Assembly (NCBI GenBank): GCA_965644295.1
Contig: CBFFRP010000375.1
Coordinates: forward strand, 1 to 64,000
Source of the DNA: Paraphysomonas bandaiensis
Taxonomy: Eukaryota > Protista > Chrysophyceae
Reading direction: 5' to 3'
Length of the DNA stretch: 64,000 nucleotides
Position numbers and translations under genes: made by a program. This document shows positions 61,901 through 64,000 of this stretch, one piece after another; within the stretch, counting starts at the first letter, position 1; each line of letters begins with the position of its first letter. Under the pieces are notes generated by a model, which was not told where the DNA came from, did not search any database, and saw nothing but the letters and a program-made list of their open reading frames with translations.

Positions 61901-64000
61901 CCAAACAAAAGAAGTGTACACAAACCTCATCAATGACATCTAGTTTGTGAAACATCGCAGATGTCGTGCTACCCTTGGATTGAGGTTTCTCTGCTATAAT
62001 ATTGCCTCGTTTCCCCATTCGCCAAAATAAAAGTGATAGAAGCGCATCCACAACTGGTTCGCTATCTCCACTGAAATCGCACATTCTAGAGGCAATACAG
62101 GCAAATCCCTGAATGCGGTCAAACTGTGACACCAATCGCTGGTCCAGCTGATGAGAACAAAATGTTGACGATGCAAACACGAACGGTATATCTAGCACAT
62201 ACCTCTCCGGTATTCGAGCTTAGAGATAATCCCAAAAGATGCAACCCTCTGGCTTTTATAGCCACGTGAGAGCACCCTAGGAGATCAAAGATAAAATACC
62301 AAAGCGCATTTCCTACAATCGATAAAAAAATTACCGAACAATACAATTCAACAATTGGTAAGAGCTACCAGGTAAAGCAGATCTGGACATTTGTAAGATC
62401 GTTCCCACAAGTGGTCCATCACAAGCATTCAAAATGCAATCTAATGCCAGCTGTTATTAGAAGAAAACGAAATTAACCAATATCTTGTGAGCGGTAAAAA
62501 TTTAGCCATAATACCTGTACAGCATGAAGTTTCCAAGCTGTATTATATTATACTATATGAGAGCGAATAGGTAGAGAATAAAAGACCTACCTTCTGGAGA
62601 TGTCGCCTTTTTCCCCGACACATACAAGGGCACGCTATGCGCTTCATCAGTGGATATTCCCTCACCTCTAGCAGACAAACACTTATCATGCGCAGGACTT
62701 TGAGTAGCACTTCGTGGTAGATGAGAAGGCAGCATATGTCCCTCAAATCTGCGAAGTCAAGAAATGAACAGCAAAAAGAAAAACGTACTACAGACACACA
62801 CCTCAATATGAGCTCAATAAATCGAAACAGGTCTTGCATGTAGTTTACTGAAAACCCGGACGGTGTGGTCATCGCTACTGGTATTGGGAGAGATGGTAAT
62901 TGCCCTGATGTACCTGTGATGATCAACTTCAGAAGTCGTGATACAGCCAACTGTAACTTATATGGAAGTGAAGCTGATTTGAGTAATCCAGGGTCTCCAG
63001 AGGCAGCGTTATCCGTAGCTTTGCGATGCCGCATTGAATGGGAACTTGCCTCCGGATTCGTGGACGTAGTTGGTAACTTAACTCCATACTCGACTCTTCC
63101 ACCGCAGAATGAATCTGTAAGTGCTTGAACACTCTGCACTTCATCGCATGTAATCCACAGAGACAGTATAATGAAAAAAGGCGTCATTCCAATCGCATCC
63201 AGAAGTTTCATAACATTTTCGGGACTATCATCGCACAATTCAATCAACCACTCCACAGTACTCCGAGCCAATTGCATACGCTTCGGAGAAGCCACAGAAA
63301 TATTCACGGCTAAAGACAAAAAATTGATACGTTGAATTTTATCAGGCGCCCTATGAGACTGAAGGGAGAAGCTTTGCAAATTTACAACACCTGGTACGGT
63401 TGCAGTTAAATCAAATAATACTTGCATGGATGCTTCTGAAGTTATCTGAGGAGTTGCTTGCAAGCAATATAAGATTACAGAATCCACATCACGACGGTTG
63501 TACTCGTCATATACATTTCCAGAAGACGTGATGAGACTTGCAATGATGCGCAACGTAGCCACTTGTCGAGGCCTATCTATTACAAGAAGAGGATACCACA
63601 CAACAAGGCCACCCAGCCGCGACATCTCACTGACAACCAACGACGCGCTGTGCACACGCACAGATCCATGGATCATTGTAGACGGGACGTTGTCTTTATC
63701 TTCATCTTTCGAAGGGCCAGAAAACATCGTCAAAAGCTCTGTGACTAATGACGACGAGTTCTGTTGTCCAGATGCAACTGCGCTAGGATCGTTGTAAGAA
63801 CCGGTTGTAGAGTCATGATTCTCATACATCGAAAATGAAGATAGCCCCATCTCATCGCGAGGCTGCGCAATGTTATCCATAGCGCGTGATACTGTAGCAG
63901 GTGAGAGTGATCGAGATATTCGCCGAGAAGATACAGATGGCACTCCAGGTTTGGAGCCACCTTTATCTGAAGCATCCAAATGATCAATTCCACTTGAACG
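58981..64000 (-). CDS. Large neurobeachin/LRBA N-terminal-like (ARM/DUF4704-like) protein, 5' part outside the window
   Basis: Long minus-strand ORFs joined by GT-AG introns; MSRLGGLVVWYPLL and NVEILCGQKDWLLWI resemble NBEA/LRBA SIGG.QVLFPLF and WQ.W blocks. Confidence 0.55.

Noticed and set aside
9192-63993. Numerous short or antisense ORFs in the six-frame track
   Set aside because: They overlap real genes on the opposite strand or in another frame, or lie in repeats, and have no recognisable motifs.

Overview
AT-rich eukaryotic nuclear DNA with short GT-AG introns; the gene content suggests a protist, possibly a stramenopile (inference only). The first 8.75 kb looks like a 300-bp satellite (29 near-identical units, starting before the window). 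Each unit contains a complete box C/D snoRNA matching U24/SNORD24/snR24: boxes C, D', C' and D, a terminal stem, and both conserved LSU rRNA guides. Each snoRNA lies between a GTGAGT donor and a branch point plus CAG acceptor, so this appears to be a massively amplified, homogenised intronic snoRNA host array. Downstream is a gene-dense region: a septin with a C-terminal TM helix, a secreted GT41/OGT-like protein, mitochondrial L34, RPN10, an SVIP-like gene, a TPR protein, an MFS transporter, two tRNA-Ile(AAT) genes, a HIG1-domain protein, a mitochondrial carrier, a fascin-GH5 exo-glucanase, a METTL21-like methyltransferase, MCM9 and a neurobeachin-N-like gene. Mobile or rearranged DNA includes several long inverted repeats/palindromes, a decayed Tc1/IS630 transposase, and a young full-length Ty1/copia element nested in a degenerate Ty3/gypsy element. 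All calls come from reading the sequence and recalled family motifs; no database searches were run.
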